DNA from: the human T2T-CHM13v2.0 reference genome, Homo sapiens
NCBI RefSeq assembly: GCF_009914755.1
Contig: NC_060925.1
Length of the DNA: 64,000 bases
Strand: one strand, 5' to 3'
The first letter of the stretch is position 1. The number at the start of each line of letters is the position of its first letter. Both the position numbers and the translations under genes were made by a program. This document shows positions 45,242-61,275 of the stretch, piece by piece. The notes below the pieces were generated by a model. It ran no database searches and was not told the origin of the DNA. It saw nothing but the letters and a program-made list of their open reading frames with translations.

Positions 45242-47894
45242 GCTTAGAAATTTTAGGGGGGAGAACACACATAACATACATATAACCAGAGGTGCCAAGT
45301 ATTTTAACATCTCCTAACTAAGGGCAGTTAAAAGACAAAGAATCGATTCCTGTTCACTTCTCCTCCCGCGGACTTAATGTCCAGCAGAGTGCTAGACAAT
45401 ATTGCTTCAATATTCTATTACTTTAATATTAAAAGCAGTAACAAAATCAAAAAGCATATTTATGACATTGTTTTAATTAAGTTAAAATCAAAATTTTAAA
45501 AAGAGTTTTATGTAGCATTTATTTTAAATATCATTGGGTTCTCTGTTTCAGACTTTTTCAACATGAAAGGTAATTTTTAAACTGTCTCACTGTCTTGCAG
45601 GTTGTCCCAAGAATTAGGAACATGATTACAACCACATTCATTTCTAGAATGAAAAGAAAGAATTAGGACCATCAGACTGTTAACAACTATCAAATTTTCA
45701 CAGGTTCAAAAGGTAATTGACACTCTTTAAAAAAGAAAGAAAAGAAACCCTAACCAACTAAGGACTTGGATGTAAGATGAAGGCTTACAATTCATACTGA
45801 TTTATTAACCATTCATGCACTTTAAAAGCACTTTAAAAATCCCGTTCATTTGTCTTCCACTTAAAAAGAGGAAAAAATTGGCCAATATTTGCCTTCTACA
45901 TTATATCTCTGTCTGGAGTTTTAAGTAGTAAGTACATTAAATATAAGTTTGTTTTCTAAACAAGAGAAAAGTCTGGCGGTTCAAAGTCTAGAGGAAGTCG
46001 GGTTTCTAAGGCAGTCCGTCAGTGTGGGGCCTGCACCACTCTCTAAGGCCGTCTTTCCTAGATTGTCAGCTGCAACACAAGCCTGAGCTGGATGACTAAC
46101 ACCGAACATGCAAGAAGCGACTTTAAAGGAACAGTTTTCACAATCAGCTAGCTACACCATCACAAATTGCCACATTAAGGTGATCTTTAGGTACCTGTGT
46201 CGTTTAAAGACTTTAATAATAGTTAATACCAAAATTCACCAGTTACTAGCAAGGCTGTTTTGGACAACATGTAAAATTTCCTCTTTTGAAATATACATCT
46301 CAATGATTAGGAGAGATCTGTAAGGAAACAAATTCACCTCAAAACTATGCAAATATTTAAAAAGTTTTTTTAAGCTCACAATACTTCAGTATGTGTTTTC
46401 AAAGCTTAAACAGTTATCATGTGTGAAGAGTTTATGGGGAATGAAAGCAATATGTTCTAAAAATTGACTATGGTTTTCCAAAGACCCAGAGAAAAATACT
46501 AAGGTAATACTCAGCCTCACGTCCACTCACACATCTTCGGGTGCCAAGCTGGCATAGGCAGAGCACCATTATCTCTTATAAGGAACTTAGCACATATCCT
46601 TCTAGCAGATTCTTGTCTCCACAGGATGGAGAAGACATCATTCATTTGATGGAAACCAGTGTTTGTTAAAACCATTTTTCTACCCCCAAAGCAAACATAC
46701 TAAAGAGAAGGAGCACTATTTACATAAATTTGTGCCTACCCACACACCACCATTCTCTCCCATTAAAGTGTAGATAAGATCTACTGGCTAGGAATCAAAG
46801 AGTAACGTATTTCAACCTAAAGTTTGAATACTGTACATCATCAAGACTTTGTTATTGTTAAGTGCTATAAAGAAAAAGAGAAAGTAGGGGTGGGCAGTCT
46901 ATCTAACAGGCATCTTCACACTGGTCCCCATCCCAGTGGAACAAGCAATGCCAATGTACCAAGTGCAATTCCAGATTGTAAGTTTGAAATGTCATTGCCA
47001 GCCATTACAGAAGAGGCAAAAGTCCACAGTGGGTGTATGCCAAAAGGTCAAGTGTGACAAGGGACTGAATCCACAGTATGTATTCTTTAAAAAAAAAAAA
47101 AAAAGGCAATAAAAAAAGTGAGTCTTTGACTACTCAAAAGAAACTTTACTACTACTGTTCACACATATTGTGTTGTGTGCACTTCGTCTATTGGAATGTA
47201 CTTGAGCTATTAAACTATTAAATAATAACTGCCTAGATGATCACTGAAAGAGAAAAAGAGACCCTCGCCCAGCCCAGATAATTCTTAAATATCACAATCT
47301 ACATAAAGATGCTGCTGAACTGAAATACAAATAAGTTAAAAATTTTCAGGAACTAGCAAAGTTCTACTTTCATTATACATGGAATCAGTAGTAGTGCTGA
47401 CACTCATTTTTGACTTGATATTCTTTCACAAACAAAACGGCATATAAGGAAAACGAGTCTTATGCTGTAGGATGGAATGATCTTATAGCTATGGAATCTG
47501 GAAAGTTATTTAGAACAAGATGATAATAGGCTCTACCTAAGCTTATGAAAAGAATACTGAACTGTAAGCATCTGTTGCCATTTAAAGGCATTTGGTGTCA
47601 GTATCTTAAAAGATTAAGATGCTTTAAAACAAAAACCTTATAAGAATATCAAAGATTTAGGGAATTATCTTCATAAATAACCAAATGTCTATGGCTTCAA
47701 CTGTCTGCCCTACTGCCGAGGTAGGTGACCAATATTCATCAAAATAAAACAATCTTTTACAAATTCCCTAAAAAAAACCTTGCATAATCAGTTGGTTTCT
47801 TAAACCTGTGTCCGTTTCTTTTGATGGTTTTTGTTTTGTTTTTCCTTTCAGTCATTTACACTTTTTAAAAGAGGCTGTCCACGCAAGTGTTTCT

Positions 47895-48071
47895 TTAAGC
47901 TCTTGCCGAATAGCACCTCATGTATTCTGTCATCCATGGGTTCTCTGAGGAGGAAGCCTTCATCTTTCTGTTCTTCTCCACATCCACAGAGTGAGCTCGC
48001 TGCCTTTGAGCAACCAGTTTCCTTTTTTCCACCTGTCTTCTGTTCTTGGCTCGTAATGCTGATTCATGAAT
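47895..48071 (-). CDS. CCSAP: CCSAP last coding exon ([58 protein letters not shown])
   Basis: Minus-strand ctctttag| acceptor at 48072/48071; in frame with the previous exon; TAA at 47897-47895. Not present in the ORF track. Confidence 0.93.
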   Translation of the reverse strand: MHESALRAKNRRQVEKRKLVAQRQRAHSVDVEKNRKMKASSSENPWMTEYMRCYSARA

Positions 48072-49397
48072 CTAAAGAGAGTTCAAAATAAAGGATAGTA
48101 ACTTAAGGGGCTATTATACTAATGTTCAACAGAGGTTGCAATGAAGCTGGCTACTGCCAGGTCAACTGCAGCAGGGCAGAGTCAAGCCCTGCCTCTCTAT
48201 ATAGTTCTTCTTTACATAAAACCTTCCACAGAAGAGCCATTCTCACTTGATGCTGTTCTCACTTGATTCATATCAGGGATAATGAAACTAAGCAACAGCA
48301 AATTAAATGTTAGACAGAAATGGTAAGCAACTAATTTGCATGTGCCTCTAGAGTTGGCTCTGGAAAACTGTCCGAACTGCTTAGCATTAAACATAAGTAT
48401 TTAATTAACGACTTATAAACAGCTCATAAAAAGCAGGGAAAATAAAAGAACTTTAAATGTTTAACATCAGTATACCAAAGACATCTCGAGATTTTACCAC
48501 CTAAGATGTCTTATACTACAGATAAATCCTGTTAAAATTAATCCCACGGACTTCTTAGAGATCTTTTGTTAAACGGCAGCTTTGTTGTCTCAAATATCAC
48601 TCCAAATAACACCATTTGCTAGGGTTCAGATGTCTGTTCAGTGAAATTTTCATTATGCTGTTTATCTAGAACTCAAGCAGTTTGCAGTTTCACTTTCTGC
48701 TTCCTTAAACGCATCCTTTGCTTTAGGCTATCATAACAGTATTAACGCTAACATACATGTTTTCTGACTACACACATGAAGGTCCTCTCATCTGAAATGT
48801 TTCCGGGTCTTGACACAGGAGAGACAAGCTAAGGCTAAGTCAGGGGAGGACTAAAGCTCCTGAGAGTAAAATGCATTTGTTATGGATGAACAGGGGAAAT
48901 GCAGCCATTTGAATTTAATCAGAGGAACAAAAGGGAGTCTCTGGCAGATGCCAAGCAATCAATCAATCAGACAAACCAAAGATAAAGAAGCGCCAGGTTA
49001 TCGAAGCTGAAGGAAGCTGAAACAGCTCAAGAGACCAGTGGCAAATCCAGATGGGCCGTCGCCAGCCTTGGCTGTGCTGCTCCTCCTAACCTTCCGGCCC
49101 CCCAGGAACTTGTGAACCCCAACTCCATCTACATCTTTGCCTGGCTTGGTGTCACTAAACTCTTCTGGGTAACTCCAAGCCAAAACCCCTCGCTCTGCAG
49201 GCCACCAACATGCAGAATCCTCCTTTGGTTCATCAGAGGCTCCATTCTGGAGTTCCCCAACCCACCATGCTATCCCCTAAGATCTCCCATGGGCCCAAAG
49301 CACCCAGTGGCCAAAGGACACGATGCCCGATGACAGGCGCATGGCCCAGCTGGCCACTCTCAAAGGGAACACAGAACCACAAGGGCCCAGAGCGCAC

Positions 49398-49666
49398 CTC
49401 GTGCACAGGAGCGGACGCACAGACGTTGTGAGTCTTCTGGCTTCCTGTATCGGTCTGTTTTTCTCCCCAGCCATAAAGAGCAAATGGATGCTTGTTTTCT
49501 TTTATTTTACTCGATGATCTTTGGGGACTTTTGACCGCTTTCCTGTTTCCTCTAGCAAATAAGGCACTTGGTTGCTGTCGAGGCTCAGTACTGGTGGGTG
49601 ATTTGTCAGTCTCTCTTGTTCTGGTTTGTTGTTCAGGTTTATCTTCTACATCTTTCACTGGCAGTG
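49398..49666 (-). CDS. CCSAP: CCSAP penultimate coding exon (269 nt; ALPVKDVEDKPEQQ...KHPFALYGWGEKQTDTGSQKTHNVCASAPVHE)
   Basis: Minus-strand ttttcaaaag| acceptor and GAG|gtgcgc donor; translation matches the centriole, cilia and spindle-associated protein (C1orf96). Confidence 0.93.
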
Positions 49667-50247
49667 CTTTTGAAAAGAGATAAATGAGATGAAAATACTT
49701 TGAAATCAGATTTATATATAATTAAAATATTTATGTTGAAAAATCATAATGCTTAAGACAGTAACATTTTCACTTATGGCTCAACTCATACGATCCACTT
49801 AAAGTAGAAATACAGGAACAAGTTAGCATAATTTTCAAACCATTTATCTCATTTTAAAATCAACAACAAATATACCAAGATTGAACCAAGCTTATTCAAA
49901 AGCAACCACTGCTACTCCGATTCTGAGACTTAGCATCTGGAATGTTAAAAGATAGACAGCACCACACCCTAAGGGCTTTCTCCGCAATCCCCCAAGATAA
50001 ATCCAATCATCTCAATTTTGCTTTCCTTCACGGAAAGATCTGGATTTGTGGTCATCCTCCAGCAGCTGCAGGAGGTTGCTGTTTGAGTTACTCCACCCGA
50101 AAATGCTCCTTAGTCCTTCCGTGCTCCTCCTGAGAGCCGCTTCCTTCATTCAAAAGCCCCTCCGCACAACAGGGAGTGATTTCCATCGTTACCGCCTAGG
50201 TGCGCAGCCAGGCATTCCCTGTGGGAAGAGTTAAAAATGAGGGCCCC

Positions 50248-50560
<313 letters not shown>

Positions 50561-50959
50561 TTAAGGGGCTTCCCCAACACTTGCAACGGAAATTACCCCA
50601 TGAAATCAGGCCTGGGTCTGTACCACAGCCCTAAATTCTGGGGAACCCCCGGTGGTGAATGTGGCTGCCCCACCTAAGGGGAACCTCAGATAGCAAGGAT
50701 GTACTCCAAAAAATATCTATTCCACTGAATTACCTTTTATGATTTTCCTGTTTATTATTTTGTAAGCCTTTCTTTTTATGAAATCAGTACGATTCAGTAT
50801 AAACACTTTGTGAGCCTGTGTTTGCTTCCACCTATGGTTCTGCTGAAGTAAGAGTTCGTGACGGGTCTGGGGCTCCACCTGAGGTGCCCCAGTTGTTTAG
50901 GCCACAGGAGACCCTTTGTTTCAGATGCTCCAGAGTTTTGCTCTCAGTCATGATTTTAT

Positions 50960-51268
50960 TTTTTTTGTTTCATTTTTTAGAGACAGGGTCTCACTTGTCG
51001 CCCAGGCTGGAGTGCAGTGGTGCGATCATGGCTTATTGCAGCCTCAACCTCCTGGGCTCAAGTGATCCTCCCACCTCAGCCTCCTAGGGAGGTGGGACTA
51101 CAGGAGTGCATCACCATGCCCAGGCAATTTACAAAAAAAATTTTTTTTTGTAGAGATGGGTTCTTGCTATGTTGATCAGGCTGGTCTTAAACTCCTGGCC
51201 TCAAACAATCCTCCTGCCTCGGCCTCCCAAAGTGCTGGGATTACAGGCCTGAGCCACTGCACCCAGCC
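50960..51268 (-). mobile_element. Alu (J-like)
   Basis: Antisense Alu; TSD TCAGTnATGATTTTA-like. Confidence 0.93.
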
Positions 51269-52357
51269 ATCAGTGATGATTTTATAGATTGCTATTACAA
51301 TCTATATAAGGTCTTATCACCTCTGTAGGACAGAATTTTGCCATTACTTTCAGTTGTGACTCTTGTCTATTTCTACTTCCCTTTAAAGTTGAGGGAACCG
51401 CTGCATGGGCAGTGCATGCAAACTGGCACATACTTGTAAGAAACCTTTATAGGTCATCTGCCACGTCTGCCTTCAGTGATGACCTTGACTCTAGCAAACC
51501 ATTACATTTATTACTAAGCATTTGAAGGAACAGACGCTTCATGTCTGAATCCGGGTGTCATGTTCTGCATTGGAGTGCATCATCTCTTTAAACCCAGCAC
51601 TGGAGTTGCTGGGGATGAGGCAGGACACCAGCCTTCCATTTCATGAGACGATATCCATTCACTGCTCAAACGTTTATCTGAGTGATGTGTCCACACGCTT
51701 TCTCCTCCTCTTCCCTGGTGTTTAAGAAGAGGAGGAAAGAAGAGATCATCAGGACCAAGACTAAAGGGAAAGAGAAGTGGGGAAGTGCAAGAACCTGTGC
51801 AGTGGCACAGTGATACTGAGAGAGAGAAAAAAGCAGCCACCCAAGTCATCTTCACTGATTCACTTCCCCTCTCTTCCTCCTGTTCCAGGCATGTCTAGCC
51901 CAGATCTCCCAGAGAAGCCTGCCCATAGAAGGCAATAAGGATTTCATTGATAGGACAATCTGGGGCTAGCCAGGCAGAGAACAGGAAAGAGAATTCCAGA
52001 AAGAGGGAATGGCTTCTTCAATGGCATGGAGAGAAGAAGAAAGAGGGAATTATAAATAGTTCAAAATAGCAAGAACATAGAGTCTATGGATGAAGGCCTG
52101 GGGTAGATAGTGTGGGGGAAATAAAGGCTTTATTTTATATATGCCAAACTCAGGCATTTTTATTTTATCTTGGAGATGAAGAATCATCATGGGAGGACAT
52201 TAAGCTGAAAACTAACATGGTCCTATTTGTATTTTAGGAATGAGGCCCCTAGCTCCACACGTGGAAGATGGGTGAGATCAGAAATAGGGGCAGAGAGGCC
52301 AGTTAGAAAAACACACCGATCAGACCAGCTGGGAGGTGGTGCCAGGATGTTTTTTTA

Positions 52358-52678
<321 letters not shown>

Positions 52679-52680
<2 letters not shown>

Positions 52681-52800
52681 CAAGGACCCTCCAAAGCAGA
52701 CAGCCCAGCAACACTGCATCAGACTGACAGGTGGACAAGACAACAAGGACCCTCCAAAGCAGACAGCCCAGCAACACTGCATCAGACTGACAGGTGGACA
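52679..52800. repeat. 63-bp-period tandem duplication
   Basis: 59 identical nt at 52679-52737 and 52742-52800. Confidence 0.95.
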
Positions 52801-53223
52801 GACAGACAGACACCATGAGGACACCAGGAAGGACCATGTGGGCGCTCGGTTCTGTGGCTCCTGCAGGTGTTCTGAGTGGATGGTCATGCTGTCCTCTGAC
52901 ATAGGCCCCCTAAAGGATGAGGAAAGGGTGCTTGTCACGTTGGATGCAAGACACTCCTGGTCCCGGCAGCCAGACCTTCAACTGGAGCTCAGGAGAGAAG
53001 ATGGCATGGAGATGAAAGCCACGGCTCCTGGTGTGGACCAAGTCACCCAGAAGAAACACAGAGCCGGAAGACAGGAGGTGCAAACAGGCCCGGGGACACC
53101 GTCATTTAATGCACAGGCAAAGAAAGGAGAACCCGAGATGGGAGCAGAGGAAGGGTAGCAAAAGAGTAAAAAAGAATAACCAGGAAAGAGGCTGAGCAAA
53201 GAGTTTCAGAAAAAGAAAGTGCA

Positions 53224-53524
<301 letters not shown>

Positions 53525-54139
53525 TTAACAGTCCAAAAATTACAGAGAGATTGGTACAATAAAGATGAAGAGACTTTGCCTTGGCAGCTCGGTGGTCACT
53601 GGTGCCAGAGGGGAGGTGTGGGGTGGGGGAACCAGACCCCAGCTGGCTGAGGACTGAACAGAGTGGAGCCTACCCATCCTGGTTCTTGGGGGCTACTGGA
53701 CTCACCCTCCCCACTAAGGATGACCTGGAAAAGCTAAATGAAATTCAAAAGTGACCCCAGGCTAACAAATGTCTATCAGGTACCCAACACAAAAACTAAA
53801 ATCTTCTCAGGAAACCCTTAGACCTCAAATTATTCCTAGAAATAGCTTTTCCAACACAAAGACCAGTGTGTTGTAAAGATAACCGGCACACAGGAGGGTA
53901 GGCAACAAGGGGGACCGGGAGAAGCAAAAGGCCTGAAATCCAAGGAGTCTTATTCAGACTACAAAATAGCTGTGCTTATAGAAAAAGACAGAAGAATTAT
54001 CTGCAACAGGAGGAGAGAAAAGATGGAAAATACAGAAAAGGTAAAACTCATCACCGTAACATTAATATTTATAAAACTCTTTTGTAAAACTCTTGAAATA
54101 GTGGCTGGCACAAGAGAAGTGTATATAAGTGTGGTATTA

Positions 54140-55150
<1,011 letters not shown>

Positions 55151-55329
55151 GTTTTCTCCAAACAATAAGTGTATGTTTCTAAAATCCTGTTTGAAAAAAT
55201 AGTTTAAAATAAAGACTTCTTCAAGCAAAAACAGCATTATCCACCAGTTATGGTGGAAGATTACAATGCCCCTTTCTTAGTAATTGGCAGAACATTCAAA
55301 TAAAAATAAATTCAGTCTCAATTTAGAAC

Positions 55330-55545
55330 TGGCCAGTCCAATACAATAGCCATGAACCACACGTGGTTACTAAATATAAATTTTAATTAATTAATTAAAA
55401 GTAAATAAAATTAAAGATTCAGTTCCTCAAGTTACACTAGTTATCGTTCAAGTGCTCAATACCCACATGTGGCTAGTGGCTACCCTGGCAGACAGCGCAA
55501 ATGGAGAACACGCCCATCATCACAGACAGAGCTGTACTGAACATC
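55330..55545. mobile_element. MER3/MER33 (hAT-Charlie)
   Basis: ttcagttcctcaagttacactag...cacatgtggctagtggctacc. Confidence 0.7.
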
Positions 55546-55819
55546 TGATTTTTCAAATGTATTTAAACAGAATTAATAAACTTGACCTAATGGATATATA
55601 TAGAACACTGAACCCAACAACTGCAGAATGTAAATTTTTATCAATCATATATGGAACATTTATAAGAATCTGCATATCCAAGGCCATAAAGAAATCTTAA
55701 GATATTTACAAAATTGAAATTATATAGAATGTGTTCTCTAACCACAATGTAATTAAACTAGATACAACAAAAAAACTTCAAAAAATCCCTCCCAGTTTTG
55801 AAACTTAAAAACATTTCTA

Positions 55820-56211
<392 letters not shown>

Positions 56212-56266
56212 TTATTTATTTAGAAATGCTCCCAGCCAAACTGGACACTTTAAATCAGTTAAAGAA

Positions 56267-56586
56267 GGCCAAGCGCAGTGGCTCAAGCCTGTAATCCCAG
56301 CACTTTGGGAAGCTGAGGCGGGTGCATAGCCTGAACTCAGGAGTTCAAGACCAACCTGGGCAACATGAGGAAACCTCGTCTCTACTAAAAATACAAAAAA
56401 TTAGCCAGGCATGGTTGTGTATGCCTGTGGGCCCAGCTACTCAGGAGGCTGGGGTGGGAGGATCACTTGAACCTGGGAGGCAGAGGTTGCAATGAGCCAA
56501 GATGGTGCCACTGCACTCCAGCCTGAGTGACAGAGTGAGATTCCATCTCAAAAAATAATAATAATAATTAACAAATAAATAATAAA
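56267..56586 (+). mobile_element. Alu
   Basis: Sense Alu with (AAT)n tail. Confidence 0.93.
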
Positions 56587-56602
56587 ATGGTTAAAATTGT
56601 AA

Positions 56603-56977
<375 letters not shown>

Positions 56978-57700
56978 TAAATATTTCCTTACGTGGATAC
57001 TATACATAAATGTTAAATTTTATGATTTTTGTGACTATTTTAAAAAATCATAATGAAAATTTGAAAATGAGTTTGAATAAAAATGTTACATGGCAAAACA
57101 TGCGTGATGCAGCTAAAGCAGTTATCAGAGGGAAATTTATAGCCTGAAATGAACATATCAAAAAAGAAAGGCAGGGGGCAAAAAAATCAATGATAAGCAT
57201 CCATCTCAAAAAGTTAGAAAAAAGCAAAATAAACCCAAAGAAAATTAAAGTAAGGAAAAAATAATAAATTAATGAAAATATACAATAAAGAGAAACCACA
57301 AATCTTTAATGTGGGGAAAAACTAAACAAATTCACAAACCTCTGGCAAGTCTGATCAAGAAACAGAGAAGAAAGTAAAAATAAAAATCAGTTAAAAAAAT
57401 ATAGCAAATTGGAGGGTTCAGGTTAAATATGCACTAAAAACCTGTGCCTTATAGTTCCTTAAAGCTTATAGTCTCTTCCTCTCCAAATCCTACTAAAGGA
57501 AGGAAAAAAAGGTATAAAGCCACAAGGACAGAGAGCAAGGGAGGTGATGACATCAGGCAAAAGGCATCAATAAAATTTGGAGGAAAAGAAAAGCAACTGA
57601 AGAGGTAAAAATGGCCTCACAGAACTGAGTAGGATGAATCCTAACTGCCAGAGGGGAAAGGCCTCCAGGACAGAAGCTGAGCCCTAGAAAGAATCACATG

Positions 57701-58006
57701 AGCCAGATGTGGTGGCTCACGTCTATCATCCCAGCACTTTGGGAGGACAAGGCGGGAGGATTGCTTGAGCTCAGGAGTTTAAGACCAGCTAGGCAACATA
57801 GCAAGACCTCATCTCTAATAAAAATTAAAAATAAAAAAATAGCCAGGTATAATGACGCACACCTGTGGTCCCAGCTACTCACGAGGCTGAGGCTGGAGGA
57901 TTGCTTGAACCCAGGAGGTCAATGCTACAGAGAGCTTAGATCATGCCATTGCACTCTAGCCTAGGCAACAGACTGAGACCCTGTCTCAAAAGAAAGAAAA
58001 AAAAAA
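57701..58006 (+). mobile_element. Alu (J-like)
   Basis: Diverged sense Alu. Confidence 0.92.
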
Positions 58007-58519
58007 TGAAAGAGTTGTATGAGGTGCCAGCTTCGTCAGAAGGCTAGTGAAGTGGATTCTCTTTTCCAAAAGTTCAGCATCAATCAGCACCCCAGCCCTC
58101 GTGCTCTTCTGACTATAATACGGACGTGCTCTGTTGAGAGTTGGGATCCACGGGTCCTCCCCTTGAACCTGGGCAGACTTTTATATTAGGTTGGTGTCAA
58201 AATAATTGCACCAAGTAATAACTTCCCCAGTGAAGGTAAAATGGGGTGAGAAAGGGCCTGCAGAGCTCCTGAGGATAAAAGAGAAAAAGCAACGCAGCAT
58301 CAACCTGGGTCTGTCTCCGGACGCTGTCCTTACAGGTCAGCTAGTGTGTTCTGAGGAAGGCCAGGCACAGGAAGAGGTCATGCATGTGAGGGTCCCAGCA
58401 ACAGCCCAGCCGGGTCCCTCCAGCCTGGAGCCTTCCAGTACAGGCTGCAGACAAGGTATCTCACTGCCCAGGGCCAACTTCCAGCCCAGGAAACCAGAGC
58501 AGCAGCAAAGGAGGACAGC

Positions 58520-58843
58520 AGGCTGGGGGCCTCCGTATCCAGGGGTTCTGCATCTGCAGGCTCACTCAACCATGAATTGAAAATATTCGGGAAAAATAAA
58601 CAAAAAATAATACAACAATAAAAAGTAATACAAATTAAAAATATAGTAGAAAAACTATTTACATAGTATTTAATTGTATTAGGTATTATAAGTAATCTAG
58701 AGATGATTTAAAGTATCCGAGGGATGTGCACAGGTTATATGCAAATACTACACCATTTTATATAGGGACTTGAATATCCACGGATTTTGGTATCCATGGG
58801 GGTATCTCGGATGCAATCTCTCCCAGATACCAAGGGACAACTG
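58520..58843 (+). mobile_element. MER2
   Basis: Shares the core with 44442-44787 (ttaggtatt..aagtaatctagagatgatttaaag). Confidence 0.88.
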
Positions 58844-60339
58844 TTTTTACTAGTTTTAAGCTACTAATTTTCAAGGTAATTTTGTTACACAGCAATTGAC
58901 ACTTCTATATTCTTTCCCCTAGCTCATATGCCAGGTGGTCACTCCTCTCCTACCCAGAAGGTCTGTGGATTTCAGTCTTGAGCGGCAGAAGCAGGGGAGG
59001 CTTGGACTTCAGATGACCCTAGGGACAGGAGAAACCAAGGGAAACAGCTTCCTGAAAACAGAATTAGGTGAAAGGCCTCATGGTAAAGGAGACCCCTCCT
59101 CGGCACCTTCCTCCACCTCTGTTCCCAGGATGCTGGTGCCAGGCTTATTCCCCATGAGACAGGAGACTGCAGATGCACTGTCTGGGCAGCTCACTCAAGA
59201 GACGCTGGCAGGTATACATGTTTGCAGTCCCCAGAGGAACAGCTGGGTCCTCAGCCAATTACAGAAAACAGGCATCCCCCGTGCACAGACCTCCTAAAAA
59301 GCTCTTCCAGGCCTTACTCTTAAATATGAGCAGACAGGCTAAGAGCAAACATCTGAGTACATCCTCTATTAGTAAGGAAGAGACCAAAATTATGCAGAAA
59401 AAGGCAAGGCAGGGAATGGAAGACAGCTCTGAAAAGATATTTCTGGCCTTTTTCTTTTCTTTTCTTTTTTTCTTTGTAGGTTAAAAGAAATCTGAAAACA
59501 GAATGCTATTTTTTTTAATGTAAAGAACATTATGGACCAAAAATAGATGATCTCTTGGGAATTTAAAGCTAAGGTGAGAATTAAAAATTTCAATAGAAAT
59601 GTTGGGAAATAACATTGAAGGGTTCTCCCAGAAAATAGAACCAAAAAGTCCAAATTCCATTGTAGAAACATTTTTAAGTAAAAATGTTAGGGGACTGATC
59701 CAGGAGGCACACCATCCAACTAAGGATAATTATAGAAAGAGAAAATAAAGCATATGGAGCAGAGAAAATTATTTTTAAACAGAAAAATAGGAAATATCAC
59801 TGAACTGAAAGAACCTTCCAGAATGAAAAAGGCCAGCCAAATGAATGAAAAAAGACACACACAGGCACACCACAAAATTTCAGAACACCTCCTAAAAAGA
59901 TATAAAGAATCTCCTAAAAGTTTCCAACAAAACAACAAAAACAAACATGGGGGGGTCACACACACAAAGCAGGTGTCACAATGGCATGGTCCTTCTCAAC
60001 ACTATGACCTGAAGCTAGGATTCAGTGTTATCATAATGCCTCAAATGCTGAGGTTTCCAATCTAGACTAATCTACCTTGCCAAAATATCAATCCTGGATA
60101 TAATAAAGGCATTTTCAGATATGCAAGGTTACAAAATTTCTAATTCCCACGCAATATTTTACAGGATCTATAGAGGATGTGTTCCATCAAAAGGAAGGAA
60201 CAGGCCAAGCAAAAGGAAGACTTGAGATGTGCAAGGCAGGGGATCACACAAAGGAGGGAAATAGTAAAGAAAGCCCAGTTCAGCAGCTGTGCCAAGGCTG
60301 GACAGCATAAAATCTAGACTGGAACAAGATCAAAGGCTC

Positions 60340-60382
<43 letters not shown>

Positions 60383-60391
60383 TACACATAC

Positions 60392-60427
<36 letters not shown>

Positions 60428-60440
60428 GTGTGTGTGCGTG
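60340..60440. repeat. compound (A)n(TA)n(TG)n microsatellite
   Basis: Seen directly. Confidence 0.97.
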
Positions 60441-61234
60441 TCTCCAAGGGAAAAAAAAAATCAGATGAATAGAATACCTAATATGTCTGACAAATGGCAA
60501 GTTTCATAGTACTATCAGGCCATTTCAGGCATTAGTGATAGCTAAAATAAATAAGAAATAAGAAACTGTGATAGGCAGTGATAGGTAGCTTATTTTTTAA
60601 TAAACCTATTACTGGAGTAGAAGCAAAAAACAAAAACAAAATAAGCAAACAAAAAAGTGGAACAATTATCAATTTCAGGAAAACCATAAATTTTAACAAA
60701 AAAATGTAATCAGAATATATTACATGGCTCACCTGCAAATATCTACACAGCCATAATTCAAACACAGAACAGAGATTAAACAAAGCAATCATATAGTTAA
60801 TATTGTGGGGATATGGAGAAGAGGAAATGGGTGTTGGTATGTGTCTGGGGGTAGAATAGGGAAGGCAGAGCTAAGATCCTGAGCTAAATCTTCATCTCCC
60901 ATAATGGGAAGTCAGTAGATAATGTTCACAATCAAAAAGCCAACAGATAAGTTTAAATAAAAAGAGGGTGGCCAATGCTGAAAGGAAAGCGAAACTGAGT
61001 GAAAGGAGCAAGGGGCATGGGTGGGAAATGGGGCAGGATCATGTTTTTTTCATTTTAAGCAAAATGTTTTAAATTACTGCACATGTAAACTTTGCTAAAA
61101 ATAAAATCTAACCTAAAAAGAAAACGTGACTATGAAGTAAGGAATCGGAGACAGTCTAGACCACTCTTCATAGCATATTGGCTATGGGAGGAAAAGAATC
61201 TCACGGTTCACAAGCACTTCCACCCCCAAACCCC

Positions 61235-61235
<1 letters not shown>

Positions 61236-61272
<37 letters not shown>
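61236..61272. repeat. (CA)n microsatellite
   Basis: About 18 AC units seen directly. Confidence 0.98.

Positions 61273-61275
<3 letters not shown>

Larger units (their letters stand above)
43670..47894 (-). other. CCSAP: CCSAP long 3'UTR (end approximate)
   Basis: Nearly repeat-free AT-rich stretch from the stop codon to a minus-strand AATAAA at 43693-43688. Confidence 0.7.

Noticed and set aside
48171-48192. 7-bp GC hairpin near the last CCSAP acceptor
   Set aside because: Short enough to be expected by chance in 64 kb.
49233-49397. Track ORF extension VRSGPLWF... beyond the CCSAP exon
   Set aside because: Intron read-through past the GAG|gtgcgc donor; the real frame continues at 48071.
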